NCBI GenBank assembly: GCA_036280995.1
Contig: DASUPQ010000468.1
Span: 1 to 41,237 of the forward strand
Direction of reading: 5' to 3'
Origin: Actinomycetota bacterium
GTDB lineage: Bacteria; Actinomycetota; CALGFH01
DNA: 41,237 nt
Both the position numbers and the translations under genes were made by a program. The notes beneath the pieces were generated by a model. The model searched no databases. It worked only from the letters and a program-made list of their open reading frames with translations, and had not been told where the DNA came from. Below, piece by piece: positions 26,201 through 34,252 of the stretch. Each line of letters begins with the position of its first letter. Position 1 is the stretch's first letter.

Positions 26201-26450
26201 CGAGCTGGCCAACGAGGACCTGCGCATCCGCGGCGAGGGCACCGTGTTCGACGCCCGCCAGTCGGGCCTCTCCGACCTCAAGCTGGCCCGCCTGGTCGAG
26301 GACTTCGACTGGGTCCGGCGGGCCCGGGCCGACGCCTTCGCGCTGGTCGAGGCCGACCCGGAGCTGGCCGGCCCCGACCACCGGCGGCTGCGCCAGGAGG
26401 TGCTGGCCCGCCTCGGCGACGGCCGCGCCGAGTGGCTGGCCCGCGGGTAG
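23298..26450 (+). CDS. recG: ATP-dependent DNA helicase RecG, interrupted in frame by an intein
   Basis: 1050 aa in total. The N-terminal wedge region is followed by LLQGEVGSGK, a 344-aa insert, then TVVSLWALLCAVQSGMQGAIMAPTEVLADQH, DEQHRFG (Walker B), TATPIPRTL and HQLRGRVGRG. Removing the insert restores GSGKT and gives a typical ~706-aa RecG. Confidence 0.95.
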   Translation: MAETRAPDPLGTPLAKAPGVSAPLARTLEESFGYRTVRDLLEHYPRRYLTRGELTDLAHAKKGAEVTLVGTVRNLAKKQPRRNLRILEVRVVDDSGAWVCTWFNQPWHAQKLTVGTVAAFSGKLAWKAGRLGMANPGYEVLREGDDPEGFANEVIPVYPASKEVSSGRIRRAVGALLDRYGDVPDFVPEPLRRAHGLPGRAGALEAIHRPGDRKEATRARDRLVYDELFVLQVGLALRRRAQEAGQHGQPLQTDGDLTKRLLASLPYQLTGAQSRVMAEIGADLSRPKPMHRLLQGEVGSGKAQPIHSLVLTPSGFKRMGAIEVGDEVVNPTGEITVVTGVFPQGLRDTWRVVFSDGTSAECDDEHLWLVKTSCGWHRGDTPHVRTTRELRRDLTKRNGSSKWYIPVAAAAELECGEERPMDPYLLGLLLGDGSFRANLMISTADQEIVEAVAEALPPDCYLKREPSRPYDYLIRRRFRTNQYDPHPVAAALKRLGLRGARSRDKHVPRAYLIAPSKVRHAVLQGLLDTDGTLNAEQGSNVTFLSASRQLAADVQWLVASLGGVARLRPVKKVGEVHFLVSVRLPNEYPPFRLRRKAELLRPPTKYHRFRRAIRRIEHVGLRPVQCISVAHPNQLYVTDHFAVTHNTVVSLWALLCAVQSGMQGAIMAPTEVLADQHGINLRGLLEPLGEGGGLFGGPRVEVLTAATTGAARQRILDGVAAGEVDLLVGTHALLSEGVEFRRLGAVVVDEQHRFGVHQRVRLREKGDSPHVLIMTATPIPRTLALTLYGDLDVSTLDELPPGRTPIATHVVADATLRERAYTRVREEVAAGHQAYVVCALKDESDKVEVRSAKAEAERLRAEVFPDLQLGLVYGDMPAREKEATMDRFRAGEVDVLVSTTVIEVGVDVPNATVMLIEDADRFGLSQLHQLRGRVGRGRAPGLCILFADPLTDEGRARMDAIARTNDGFELANEDLRIRGEGTVFDARQSGLSDLKLARLVEDFDWVRRARADAFALVEADPELAGPDHRRLRQEVLARLGDGRAEWLARG
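24204..25235 (+). mobile_element. Intein (344 aa) with a LAGLIDADG homing-endonuclease domain; Ala1 start and class-3-like WCT signature
   Basis: Block A is AQPIHSLVLTPSGFKRMGAIEVGDEVV. Block B is DGTSAECDDEHLW, with His at 24393-24395 and Trp at 24399-24401. The LAGLIDADG motifs are PYLLGLLLGDGSF and VLQGLLDTDGTL. Block F is VQCISV, with Cys at 25173-25175. Block G is FAVTHN followed by T, with the Thr before His-Asn at 25227-25229. The +1 residue is the Walker A Thr. Confidence 0.9.
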
Positions 26451-26482
26451 CACAAACCCCCCATACGCACTACGCTCCCGCC

Positions 26483-27313
26483 ATGTCGAGCGACGACCGT
26501 GGCTGGTCGGACGAGGACCAGCTCGTCCAGTACCTGGCCGAGTTCGGCTTCAACCGCAACGAGGCCCGGATCTACCTGGCCGCCCTCGGCCGTCCGCCGC
26601 TGCGGGTCGCCGAGCTGGCCGAGCTGGGCGACGTCAACCGGCCCAAGGCCTACGACGCCCTGCGCCAGCTGGTCGACAAGGGGCTGTTCTCGGAGGTCAG
26701 CGGGTCGGGGCACGGCCAGGTGGCCCGCTTCCAGGCCGCCGACCCGATGCTGGTCGTGCAGCGCCTGCGCCACCAGAGCGCGCTCGAGCAGGCCGACCGG
26801 GTCCAGGACACCGCGCTGCTGGTCGCCGACCTGTTCGCCCGCTACTACGAGGCCCCCCAGGGCGACGACCCGTTCGAGTACGTGGAGCTGATCCGCAACT
26901 CCGACGCCGCCTGGGCCCGCCGCGACGCCATCACCGCCGGCGCCGAGAAAGAGGTCGTCCAGGCCCGCCGGATGACCCCGCCGGGGACCGGGCCGCGGGC
27001 CGGCGACGAGGTCGGCGTCCGCGAGGGGGTCAGCTACCGGGCCCTGTACGAGACCGGGTTCCTCGACTTCCCGCAGTTCGTGGCCCGGCTGGCCGAGCGC
27101 GAGCAGCGCGGCGAGCAGATCCGCTTCGTCGACAAGGTGCCGGTCGGCCTGACCGCCGTCGACCGCCGCAAGTGCCTGCTCAGCCTCAACCCGACCGGGC
27201 TGGTCAGCGGGCAGGGGAGCTGGGTCGTGCTGGAGCAGCCGGCCCTGGCCCACCTGCTCACCGACGCCTTCGACCTGCTGTGGGACTCGGCCACGCCAGG
27301 TCCCCTCCAGTAG
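26483..27313 (+). CDS. TrmB-like transcriptional regulator (wHTH plus C-terminal effector-like domain), paralog 1
   Basis: 276 aa. The N-terminal region LVQYLAEFGFNRNEARIYLAALGRPPLRVAELAELGDVNRPKAYDALRQLVDKGLF is the TrmB HTH signature. Confidence 0.7.
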   Translation: MSSDDRGWSDEDQLVQYLAEFGFNRNEARIYLAALGRPPLRVAELAELGDVNRPKAYDALRQLVDKGLFSEVSGSGHGQVARFQAADPMLVVQRLRHQSALEQADRVQDTALLVADLFARYYEAPQGDDPFEYVELIRNSDAAWARRDAITAGAEKEVVQARRMTPPGTGPRAGDEVGVREGVSYRALYETGFLDFPQFVARLAEREQRGEQIRFVDKVPVGLTAVDRRKCLLSLNPTGLVSGQGSWVVLEQPALAHLLTDAFDLLWDSATPGPLQ

Positions 27314-27326
27314 CTGGGCAACCTTC

Positions 27327-27355
27327 TTGACTTCGCCCTGAACCGTGCCTACTGT
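27327..27355 (+). promoter_or_regulatory. Near-consensus promoter in the gap between the two TrmB-like genes
   Basis: TTGACT (27327-27332), a 17-nt spacer, then TACTGT (27350-27355). The -10 overlaps the TTG at 27355 that opens the track ORF. Confidence 0.45.
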
Positions 27356-28320
27356 TGCGGCTCGCTCCTGTTGTCCCCTCTGGGAAGGACAGATCGCTGA
27401 CCCAGTCCGATGACTCGGATCTGATCGACCGGCTCGTCCGACATGGCCTCGGCCAGGGCGAGGCCCGCTGCTACGTCGGCATGCTGGCCCAGCGGGCGTT
27501 CAAGGTCAGCGAGGTCGCCGCCGAGGCCGGCCTGCCAAGGTCGCGGGCGTACGAGCTGATCCGTTCGCTGGTCCGCTTCGGGCTCTGCACCGAGGTGGCC
27601 GGAGGCAGCGGGGTCGCCCGCTTCCGGGCCGTCCCGCCCAACGAGGCCATCGGCCGGCTGGAGGCGTCCAAGGCCGAGCAGGCCCGCCGGCGCGACCGGG
27701 CCCTCACCGGCCTGGCCGAGGCGCTCACCCTCCGCACCGGCCCGACACCCGGGGCCGGCGAGGAGCCGCTGGAGATGCTGCGCCGCCGCGAGCAGCTCCT
27801 CGGCGTCATGGCCACGGAGGTCTGCCGGGCCCGCCAGGAGGTGCTGACGATCGTCAACACCTCCTGGGAGCCGGCCGACTGCCCGGGGATGCGCGACCGC
27901 CTGGCCGCCGGGGTCCGCTTCCGCACCATCTTCGACCGCGACTCCCTGGAGCACGACCCGCACCGGGAGTGGGTGGCCGCCTTCGCCGACGACGACGGGT
28001 TCGAGGTCCGGGTCGTCGACCGCGTCGAGACCCTGTACCTGCTCGTCGACCGGTACGTCGTGCTCCTCAACCTGACCGTCCCGGGCTCCGGGTCGCCCGG
28101 CAGCCATGCCGAGAGCCTGCTGATGCGCCACGCCGGCCTCGGCGAGATCCTCCACGACGCCTTCGAGCGCACCTGGGTGCAGGGCGCCCCTTTTGAGCAG
28201 GCCCTCGAGGCGGACGGCGCACCCGCCCTCGTGGGCGCAACGGCCAGCGCGCGCGGCCACGCCCCGATCCGGTGGCGCGGTTCGCACGCCAGCAACGGCC
28301 GCTCGGCCTCGTCTGGCTGA
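27355..28320 (+). CDS. TrmB-like transcriptional regulator, paralog 2 (true start possibly CTG 27397)
   Basis: The sequence LIDRLVRHGLGQGEARCYVGMLAQRAFKVSEVAAEAGLPRSRAYELIRSLVRFGL has the same architecture as paralog 1. GGGAAGGA lies 7 nt upstream of the in-frame CTG at 27397. No in-frame ATG or GTG precedes the HTH. Confidence 0.65.
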   Translation: MRLAPVVPSGKDRSLTQSDDSDLIDRLVRHGLGQGEARCYVGMLAQRAFKVSEVAAEAGLPRSRAYELIRSLVRFGLCTEVAGGSGVARFRAVPPNEAIGRLEASKAEQARRRDRALTGLAEALTLRTGPTPGAGEEPLEMLRRREQLLGVMATEVCRARQEVLTIVNTSWEPADCPGMRDRLAAGVRFRTIFDRDSLEHDPHREWVAAFADDDGFEVRVVDRVETLYLLVDRYVVLLNLTVPGSGSPGSHAESLLMRHAGLGEILHDAFERTWVQGAPFEQALEADGAPALVGATASARGHAPIRWRGSHASNGRSASSG

Positions 28321-28404
28321 GCCGGCCCGACCGGTTGGACGGCGGGGGAACGGCCTTGGCCCCCCCGGGCTAAGTACCCCGCCGCCAGCCACTCAGGGGG
28401 GAGC

Positions 28405-28965
28405 GTGCGGGTCGTCGGAGGCCGCCTCGGCGGCCGCCGCCTGCGGGCCGTCCCGGGGCGGGACACGCGGCCGACCAGCGACCGGGTCAGGGAGGCGCTG
28501 TTCGGGGTCCTCGGCGACCGGGTCGAGGGGGCGCGGGTGCTCGACCTGTTCGCCGGGACCGGGGCGCTGGCCATCGAGGCGCTGTCGCGCGGGGCCGCCT
28601 CGGCGGTGCTGGTCGAGCAGGCCGCCCCGGCGGTGACGGTGATCCGGGCCAACCTGGACGCCCTCGGCCTGGGCGGCGTGGCCACGGTGCGCCGCACCCG
28701 GGCCGAGACCTACCTCCGGACCCAGCGGGACGGCCCCTTCGACCTGGTCCTGCTCGACCCGCCCTATGCGGCCCCGGTCGGCCTGGTCGCCGGCCTGCTC
28801 GGCCGCCTGGCCCGCACCGCCCTGGCCCCGGAGGCGGTGGTCGTGGTCGAGGCCGCCGCCCGCGCCGAGGCCCCGCCCTGGCCGCCGGGCCTGACGCCCG
28901 AACGCCCCCGCCGCTACGGCGACACCGCGTTGCACCTCGCCATCCTTGATGCTCCGGGGGGCTAG
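28405..28965 (+). CDS. rsmD: 16S rRNA (guanine966-N2)-methyltransferase
   Basis: 186 aa. The sequence reads MRVVGGRLGGRRL...TRPTSDRVREALFGVL...VLDLFAGTGALAIEALSRGA...DPPY. Confidence 0.9.
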   Translation: MRVVGGRLGGRRLRAVPGRDTRPTSDRVREALFGVLGDRVEGARVLDLFAGTGALAIEALSRGAASAVLVEQAAPAVTVIRANLDALGLGGVATVRRTRAETYLRTQRDGPFDLVLLDPPYAAPVGLVAGLLGRLARTALAPEAVVVVEAAARAEAPPWPPGLTPERPRRYGDTALHLAILDAPGG

Positions 28966-29037
28966 GCTTGAGCCCCCCGGGCCCCCAGTTGGGTACCCTT
29001 GACCTGAGCCCGACCCCCAGCCAGGAGACCCCGACCC

Positions 29038-29523
<486 letters not shown>

Positions 29524-29562
29524 CGCGCTCCGACCGTCCGCCTTCTGCTACCCTGATACGCT

Positions 29563-29586
29563 GCGGTGAGTCCCACCGTCGTTTTT
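29563..29586 (+). terminator. Candidate intrinsic terminator after coaD
   Basis: GCGGTG-agtcc-CACCGT forms a 6-bp stem that includes one G-U pair. It is followed by cgTTTTTgtgtg. A run of five T is conspicuous in DNA this GC-rich, but the stem is weak. Confidence 0.4.
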
Positions 29587-29635
29587 GTGTGCCCCTCACA
29601 CGCCCCAGGCGCCATCACCTCGGATTGTCATGTTC

Positions 29636-30199
29636 ATGAGCAAGCACGTCACAGCACCGGCGCTCGCGGTCGACGTCCGCGAGCTGCTCCAGAAGCCCGG
29701 GGCGCACCGCCACGTGGTGGTGGGCGCCCCCCTCGACGACCTGGCGACCCCGGTCGCCTCGGTCCCGCCCGACCGGCCCGTCACCGTCGACGCCGAGGTC
29801 GAGAGCGTGGTCGAGGGGCTGCTGGTCACCGGCAAGGTCAGCGCCACCGCGGTGGTCCGCTGCGTCCGCTGCCTGCGCGACCTTGACCATGAGGTGGAGG
29901 TCGAGGTGCGCGAGCTGTTCGCCCTCGAGCCCGGCGAGGACGAGGACGAGGGCTACGCCGTGCTGCCCGACGACCGCCTGCCCCTCGACACCATGGCCAG
30001 GGACGCGCTCGTGCTCGCCTTCCCGGCCTTCCCGCTGTGCCGCCCCGACTGCGCCGGCCTCTGCCCCGTCTGCGGCGCCGACCGCAACAGCACCGACTGC
30101 GGGCACGGCGGGGCCGACGACATCGATCCCCGCTGGGCCGGCCTGGCCGACCTGCGCACAAGCATCCAGGAGGAAGACGATGCCCGTCCCCAAGCGTAA
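29636..30199 (+). CDS. yceD: YceD/DUF177 family protein (large-subunit rRNA accumulation protein)
   Basis: It has the C-terminal Cys cluster [23 protein letters not shown] and sits in the conserved position upstream of rpmF. The start is ATG 29636 or 29630. Confidence 0.85.
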   Translation: MSKHVTAPALAVDVRELLQKPGAHRHVVVGAPLDDLATPVASVPPDRPVTVDAEVESVVEGLLVTGKVSATAVVRCVRCLRDLDHEVEVEVRELFALEPGEDEDEGYAVLPDDRLPLDTMARDALVLAFPAFPLCRPDCAGLCPVCGADRNSTDCGHGGADDIDPRWAGLADLRTSIQEEDDARPQA

Positions 30200-30356
30200 G
30201 ACCCCGCGGGCCAAGACCCGGCACCGCCGGTCCCATTGGAAGTCGGTGGCCCCGACCTACGCGTCGTGCCCCCAGTGCCGGCAGGCCAAGCTGCCGCACA
30301 CCGTCTGCCAGAACTGCGGGTACTACGGTGGGCGTCAGGTCGTTGAGGTCGAGTAA
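30180..30356 (+). CDS. rpmF: 50S ribosomal protein L32
   Basis: 58 aa: [21 protein letters not shown]...[20 protein letters not shown]. It overlaps the yceD 3' end by 20 nt. Confidence 0.9.
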   Translation: MPVPKRKTPRAKTRHRRSHWKSVAPTYASCPQCRQAKLPHTVCQNCGYYGGRQVVEVE

Positions 30357-31155
30357 GCGACAGCCGATCGAGAAGGCCCTCGGCGTCCGCTTCGGCGGCG
30401 AGGAGCTCTACGTCTGGGCCTTCACCCACCGCTCCTTCGCCTACGAGAACGGCGGCCTGCCCACCAACGAGCGGCTCGAGTTCCTCGGCGACGCCGTCCT
30501 CGGCCTGGTCGTCACCGACATCATCTACCGCGCCTTCCCCGAGCTGCCCGAGGGCCAGCTGGCCAAGCTGCGGGCGGCCACGGTGAACATGAACGTGCTG
30601 GCCGAGGTGGCCCGCGAGCTCGGCGTCGGCGACGCCGTCCGTCTGGGCCGGGGCGAGGAGCTCTCGGGCGGGCGGGACAAGTCCTCCATCCTGGCCGACA
30701 CCCTCGAGGCCGTGCTCGGGGCCATCTACCTCGACAAGGGCCTGTCCCGGGCGGCCGCCCTGGTGCGGCGGCTGTTCGAGCACCGGGTGATGGAGGCGGC
30801 CGGGCGCGGGGCCGCCCTCGACTACAAGACCTCCCTGCAGGAGCTGGCCGCGTCCAGCCTCGGCGGGATGCCCTCCTACGCCATCGAGGAGGAGGGCCCC
30901 GACCACGCCAAGCGGTTCACGGCCACCGTCTCGGTCGCCGGCACGGCCTACGGCAGCGGCAAGGGCCGCTCCAAGAAGGAGGCCGAGCAGCAGGCGGCCC
31001 GTGAGGCGTTCGAGTCCCTGGCCGCCGACCGCATGGTCAGCGGCACCGGCGACGCCGGGACCGATCCACCGAGGCACCCCTCCGGGGTTCCCCGGATCCC
31101 TCCGGTCGACGTGGTCCCCGCCGAATCTCCTGCGCCCCCGCCAGCGGGCGAGTAG
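30343..31155 (+). CDS. rnc: Ribonuclease III
   Basis: The signature is [15 protein letters not shown], followed by [17 protein letters not shown] and the dsRBD region ([10 protein letters not shown]...[19 protein letters not shown]). An approximately 45-aa Pro-rich tail follows. The start is assigned to TTG 30343 and is uncertain. Confidence 0.9.
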   Translation: MRSSKRQPIEKALGVRFGGEELYVWAFTHRSFAYENGGLPTNERLEFLGDAVLGLVVTDIIYRAFPELPEGQLAKLRAATVNMNVLAEVARELGVGDAVRLGRGEELSGGRDKSSILADTLEAVLGAIYLDKGLSRAAALVRRLFEHRVMEAAGRGAALDYKTSLQELAASSLGGMPSYAIEEEGPDHAKRFTATVSVAGTAYGSGKGRSKKEAEQQAAREAFESLAADRMVSGTGDAGTDPPRHPSGVPRIPPVDVVPAESPAPPPAGE

Positions 31156-32003
31156 TGCCCGAGCTCCCCGAGCTGGACGTCCTGGCCGAGAACCTGGCGG
31201 CCCGGCTGGCCAAGGCCAGGGTGGCCGCGGTCCGGGTCGTCTCGGTGGCCGCCCTCAAGACCTTCGACCCCCCGATCGACGCCCTGGTCGGCCTGGCCGT
31301 CACCGGGGCCGGCCGCCGGGCCAAGTACGTCTGGCTCGAGCTGGGCGAGCTGCGCCTGGTCATGCACCTGTCGCTCGGCGGCCGCCTGGTCCTGGGGCCC
31401 AAGCCGGCCCCGCGCAAGACCGCCGTGCTCACCGTCGACCTCGACGACGGCCGGGTCCTGTCCATGACCGAGGGCGGCACCCAGCGCCGGGCCGCCGTCT
31501 GGCTGGTCGACGACGTCGAGAAGGTCCCGCCCCTGGCCGGCCTCGGCCCCGAGCCGCTCGACCCCGGCTTCACCACCGAGCGCCTGGCCGCCATCCTGGC
31601 CGAGGGCGGCCACACCCTCAAGGGCATGCTCACCGACCAGCGGGCCATGGCCGGGGTCGGCAACGCCTGGAGCGACGACGTGCTCCACCGGGCCCGCATG
31701 TCGCCCTTCGCCCGCCCCGAGCGCCTCGACCCGTCCGAGGTCGAGCGCCTCCACACCGCCCTGGTCGGCGTCCTCACCGAGGCCCGCGCCACCCTGGCCT
31801 CCCAGGTCGGCGACGAGGTCGTGATCCCCAAGGCCTCCGAGCGCCTGTTCGCCGTCCACGGCCGCGCCGGCGCCGCCTGCTACGTCTGCGGCGACACCAT
31901 CCGCTCGGTCTGGATGGGCGAACGCGAGACCTCCTACTGCCCGACCTGCCAGACGGGCGGCCGGGTCCTGGCCGACCGCCGCCGGTCCCGCTTCCTCCGC
32001 TAG
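31155..32003 (+). CDS. Fpg/Nei family DNA glycosylase, paralog 1
   Basis: GTG overlaps the rnc stop (taGTG). The N-terminus is MPELPE. RRAKYVWL retains the Lys. The H2TH is LTDQRAMAGVGNAWSDDVLHRARM, and the zinc finger is CYVCG...YCPTCQ. Confidence 0.8.
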   Translation: MPELPELDVLAENLAARLAKARVAAVRVVSVAALKTFDPPIDALVGLAVTGAGRRAKYVWLELGELRLVMHLSLGGRLVLGPKPAPRKTAVLTVDLDDGRVLSMTEGGTQRRAAVWLVDDVEKVPPLAGLGPEPLDPGFTTERLAAILAEGGHTLKGMLTDQRAMAGVGNAWSDDVLHRARMSPFARPERLDPSEVERLHTALVGVLTEARATLASQVGDEVVIPKASERLFAVHGRAGAACYVCGDTIRSVWMGERETSYCPTCQTGGRVLADRRRSRFLR

Positions 32004-32058
32004 AATGCCAGCGTCCGGCCCGGGGACGCTCGGGCGAGGCGGCCCGCCGGAGGAGCCT

Positions 32059-32904
32059 GTGCCCGAGTTGCCGGAGGTCGAGACCCTCCGCCAGGACCTC
32101 GACAAGGAGGTCGGCGGCCGGAAGGTCAAGGCGGTCGAGGTCAGGGCGGCCAAGGTGGTGCGCCGCCACCGCAACCGCCGGGAGTTCGCCGACCGGCTCG
32201 TTGGCCGCAAGCTCGGCGCCGCCGCCCGCATCGGGGACCTGCTCCTGCTGGGCCTGGACGGCGGCCCGGAGACGGCCGCGCTGGTGATCGACCTCGGCCC
32301 CGGCGGGCGGCTGCTCAAGCAGCGCAGCGCCGCCCCGGTCGAGCGCCAGACCGACGCCGTGCTCAGCTTCTCGGTCGGCGGCGACCTGCGCGTCCTCGGC
32401 CTCGGGGAGGACGGCGAGCTGTTCCTGGCCGGCAACGACGACCTGGAGGAGCTGGCCGACCGGTGGCGCGGCGCCATCGACCCGCTGGCCGACGCCCTGG
32501 CCTGGCAGGCCCTCGGCGCCCGGCTCGGGGCCAGGCAGGAGCGGCTGCGCACCCTGCTCACCGACCCGGCGTTCGTGACCGGCATCGGCCCGGTCTACGC
32601 CGACGAGATCCTCTGGGCCGGCGGGCTGCGCTGGGACCGGGACTCCTCCAGCCTGACCGCCCAGGAGGTGCGCCGGCTCCACCGGGCGATCCAGGAGGTG
32701 GTCCAGGAGGCCGTGCGCCTGCGCGGGGTCTCGGTGGGGGAGACCCCCTGGCTCGACCTCCACGGCGGCAAGGGCGAGTTCGAGCCCCAGCTCAGCGTCT
32801 ACCAGCGGGAGGGCCAGCCGTGCCGCCGCTGCCGCACCCCCCTGGTCCACGAACGCATCGAAGGCGGGCAGACCACGTACTATTGCCCCAAATGCCAGAG
32901 CTGA
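32059..32904 (+). CDS. mutM: Formamidopyrimidine-DNA glycosylase-like protein, paralog 2
   Basis: GTG at 32059 follows GGAGGAG. The N-terminus is PELPEVETLR. The H2TH is LLTDPAFVTGIGPVYADEILW, and the zinc finger is CRRCRTPL...YYCPKCQ. The position that aligns with the RRxKYLLL Lys reads RIGDLLLL. Confidence 0.85.
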   Translation: MPELPEVETLRQDLDKEVGGRKVKAVEVRAAKVVRRHRNRREFADRLVGRKLGAAARIGDLLLLGLDGGPETAALVIDLGPGGRLLKQRSAAPVERQTDAVLSFSVGGDLRVLGLGEDGELFLAGNDDLEELADRWRGAIDPLADALAWQALGARLGARQERLRTLLTDPAFVTGIGPVYADEILWAGGLRWDRDSSSLTAQEVRRLHRAIQEVVQEAVRLRGVSVGETPWLDLHGGKGEFEPQLSVYQREGQPCRRCRTPLVHERIEGGQTTYYCPKCQS

Positions 32905-33692
32905 AGCCCCGCTCGACCGCTCCCGCCGCCGTGGCCGCGCTGCTCGCGATGGTCCTGGCGCTGGCCGGCTGCGGCGGGCCCGACCCGGCCCCGCCGCCCC
33001 CGCTCGACCCCGCCGCCGGCCCCCCGGCGCCGACGACCACGGCCGCCCCCGCCGCCGGCGAGGTCCAGCTGGGCAACGCCCCCGCCTACGTCGCCCTGGC
33101 CGTCAAGGACGTGACCGTCAAATCGAAGCCCGGCAAGGGCGACATCGTGGCCGTGTTCCCGCAGGCCCTGCCCTGGGGGAGCCCGACCCCGTTCCTGATC
33201 GACCACGCCCGGCGCACCGCCACCGGGGAGACGTGGCTCAAGGTGCTGCTGCCCCGGCGGCCCAACGGCTCCAGCGGCTGGGTCCAGCGCGAACAGGTCC
33301 GGATCAAGCCGGTGGCCCACGAGGTCGTGGTCGACCTCTCCTCGCGCACCGCCAGCCTCCTCCGCGGCCGCAAGAAGCTGCGCAGCTTCCGGGTCGGGGT
33401 CGGGACCGCGGGCACGCCCACCCCGACCGGGCGGTTCTACGTGACCGTGAAGCTCAAGCCGCCGCAGATCTCGGCGGCCGCCTACGGGGCCTGGGCCCTG
33501 GGGCTGTCCGGCTACTCCGAGGTCCACCAGAGCTTCGGCACCGGCGACGGCCAGATCGCCCTCCACGGGACCTACAAGCCGTGGCTGCTGGGCCGGCCGG
33601 TGTCCAACGGCTGCGTGCGCATGGACAACGAGACCATCACCCTGCTGGCCGAGACGCTGCCCCTTGGCACCCCGGTCACCATCCAGGCATGA
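32892..33692 (+). CDS. L,D-transpeptidase (YkuD domain) lipoprotein
   Basis: The signal peptide has lipobox LALAGC, followed by a Pro-rich linker. The catalytic motif is IALHGT...SNGCVRM. The gene overlaps the paralog 2 3' end by 13 nt. Confidence 0.85.
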   Translation: MPELKPRSTAPAAVAALLAMVLALAGCGGPDPAPPPPLDPAAGPPAPTTTAAPAAGEVQLGNAPAYVALAVKDVTVKSKPGKGDIVAVFPQALPWGSPTPFLIDHARRTATGETWLKVLLPRRPNGSSGWVQREQVRIKPVAHEVVVDLSSRTASLLRGRKKLRSFRVGVGTAGTPTPTGRFYVTVKLKPPQISAAAYGAWALGLSGYSEVHQSFGTGDGQIALHGTYKPWLLGRPVSNGCVRMDNETITLLAETLPLGTPVTIQA

Positions 33693-33964
33693 GCGCGCTC
33701 CGGCTCAAGGCCGTCATCCGGGGCGAGGTCCAGGGCGTGGGCTTCCGCTGGGCCGTGCAGCGCCAGGCCGGGCAGCTCGGGCTCACCGGCTACGCCGAGA
33801 ACCTGCCCGACGGGTCGGTCCGGGTCGAGGCCGAGGGCGATCCCGACCGGCTCGACCAGCTCGAGTCGTTCCTGCGCGAGGGCCCGCGCTGGGCCGAGGT
33901 CGAGTCGCTCGACAGCCAGCGGATCCCGGCCACCGGCGAGTTCCACTACTTCGAGGCGCGGTAA
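33689..33964 (+). CDS. acyP: Acylphosphatase
   Basis: 91 aa. The sequence reads VIRGEVQGVGFRWAVQRQAGQLGLTGYAENLPDGSVRVEAEG. The ATG overlaps the upstream stop (ATGA). Confidence 0.9.
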   Translation: MSALRLKAVIRGEVQGVGFRWAVQRQAGQLGLTGYAENLPDGSVRVEAEGDPDRLDQLESFLREGPRWAEVESLDSQRIPATGEFHYFEAR

Positions 33965-33995
33965 CCGGACGGCGGTTTCGTCGCGATGGACTCGC

Positions 33996-34024
33996 TTGGC
34001 GCCTCCATACGGACGTGTTATAGT
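33996..34024 (+). promoter_or_regulatory. Sigma-70-type promoter in the acyP-smc intergenic region
   Basis: TTGGCG (33996-34001), a 17-nt spacer, then TATAGT (34019-34024). It lies in a locally less GC-rich stretch. Confidence 0.45.
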
Positions 34025-34030
34025 CCGCTT

Positions 34031-34252
34031 GTGAAATCAGTCCTCTGGGACCGCCCGGACGCGGTAACTGCTCGGCCCGGCTGCATCGGGCAGGGTCACG
34101 CACACGTTTTGGGCCTTCCTCTCCCAGGGTACAAACCGTAAGTAGTCGTCGGCCGTTCCGCACGGCGCTGGACGACCCTTGTGGCCTGCCAGTCCAGCGG
34201 ACAAGAGCGCAGCGGTAACCCCGAAGCCGCTGCAGTGGGAGGAGCTTCCCGG
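34031..34252 (+). other. About 220-nt hairpin-rich leader or unassigned RNA element
   Basis: Several nested or consecutive stems are visible. They are CTGC..CCCG-gctgcat-CGGG-CAG (about 34068-34093), GTCGTC-g-GCCGT-tccgc-ACGGC-gctg-GACGAC (34146-34176), CTTGT...ACAAG (34178-34204), and GCAGCGG-taaccccgaa-CCGCTGC (34209-34233) abutting the SD. I recognise no Rfam family. Confidence 0.3.

Noticed and set aside
30980-31152. Pro-rich C-terminal tails of RNase III (and of ThiD, 19320-19422) considered as possible frameshift artefacts
   Set aside because: Both tails are in frame and end at clean stops that are coupled to, or closely followed by, the next gene. Disordered Pro-rich tails are common in high-GC actinobacterial proteins. 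I see no evidence of an alternative frame carrying motifs.
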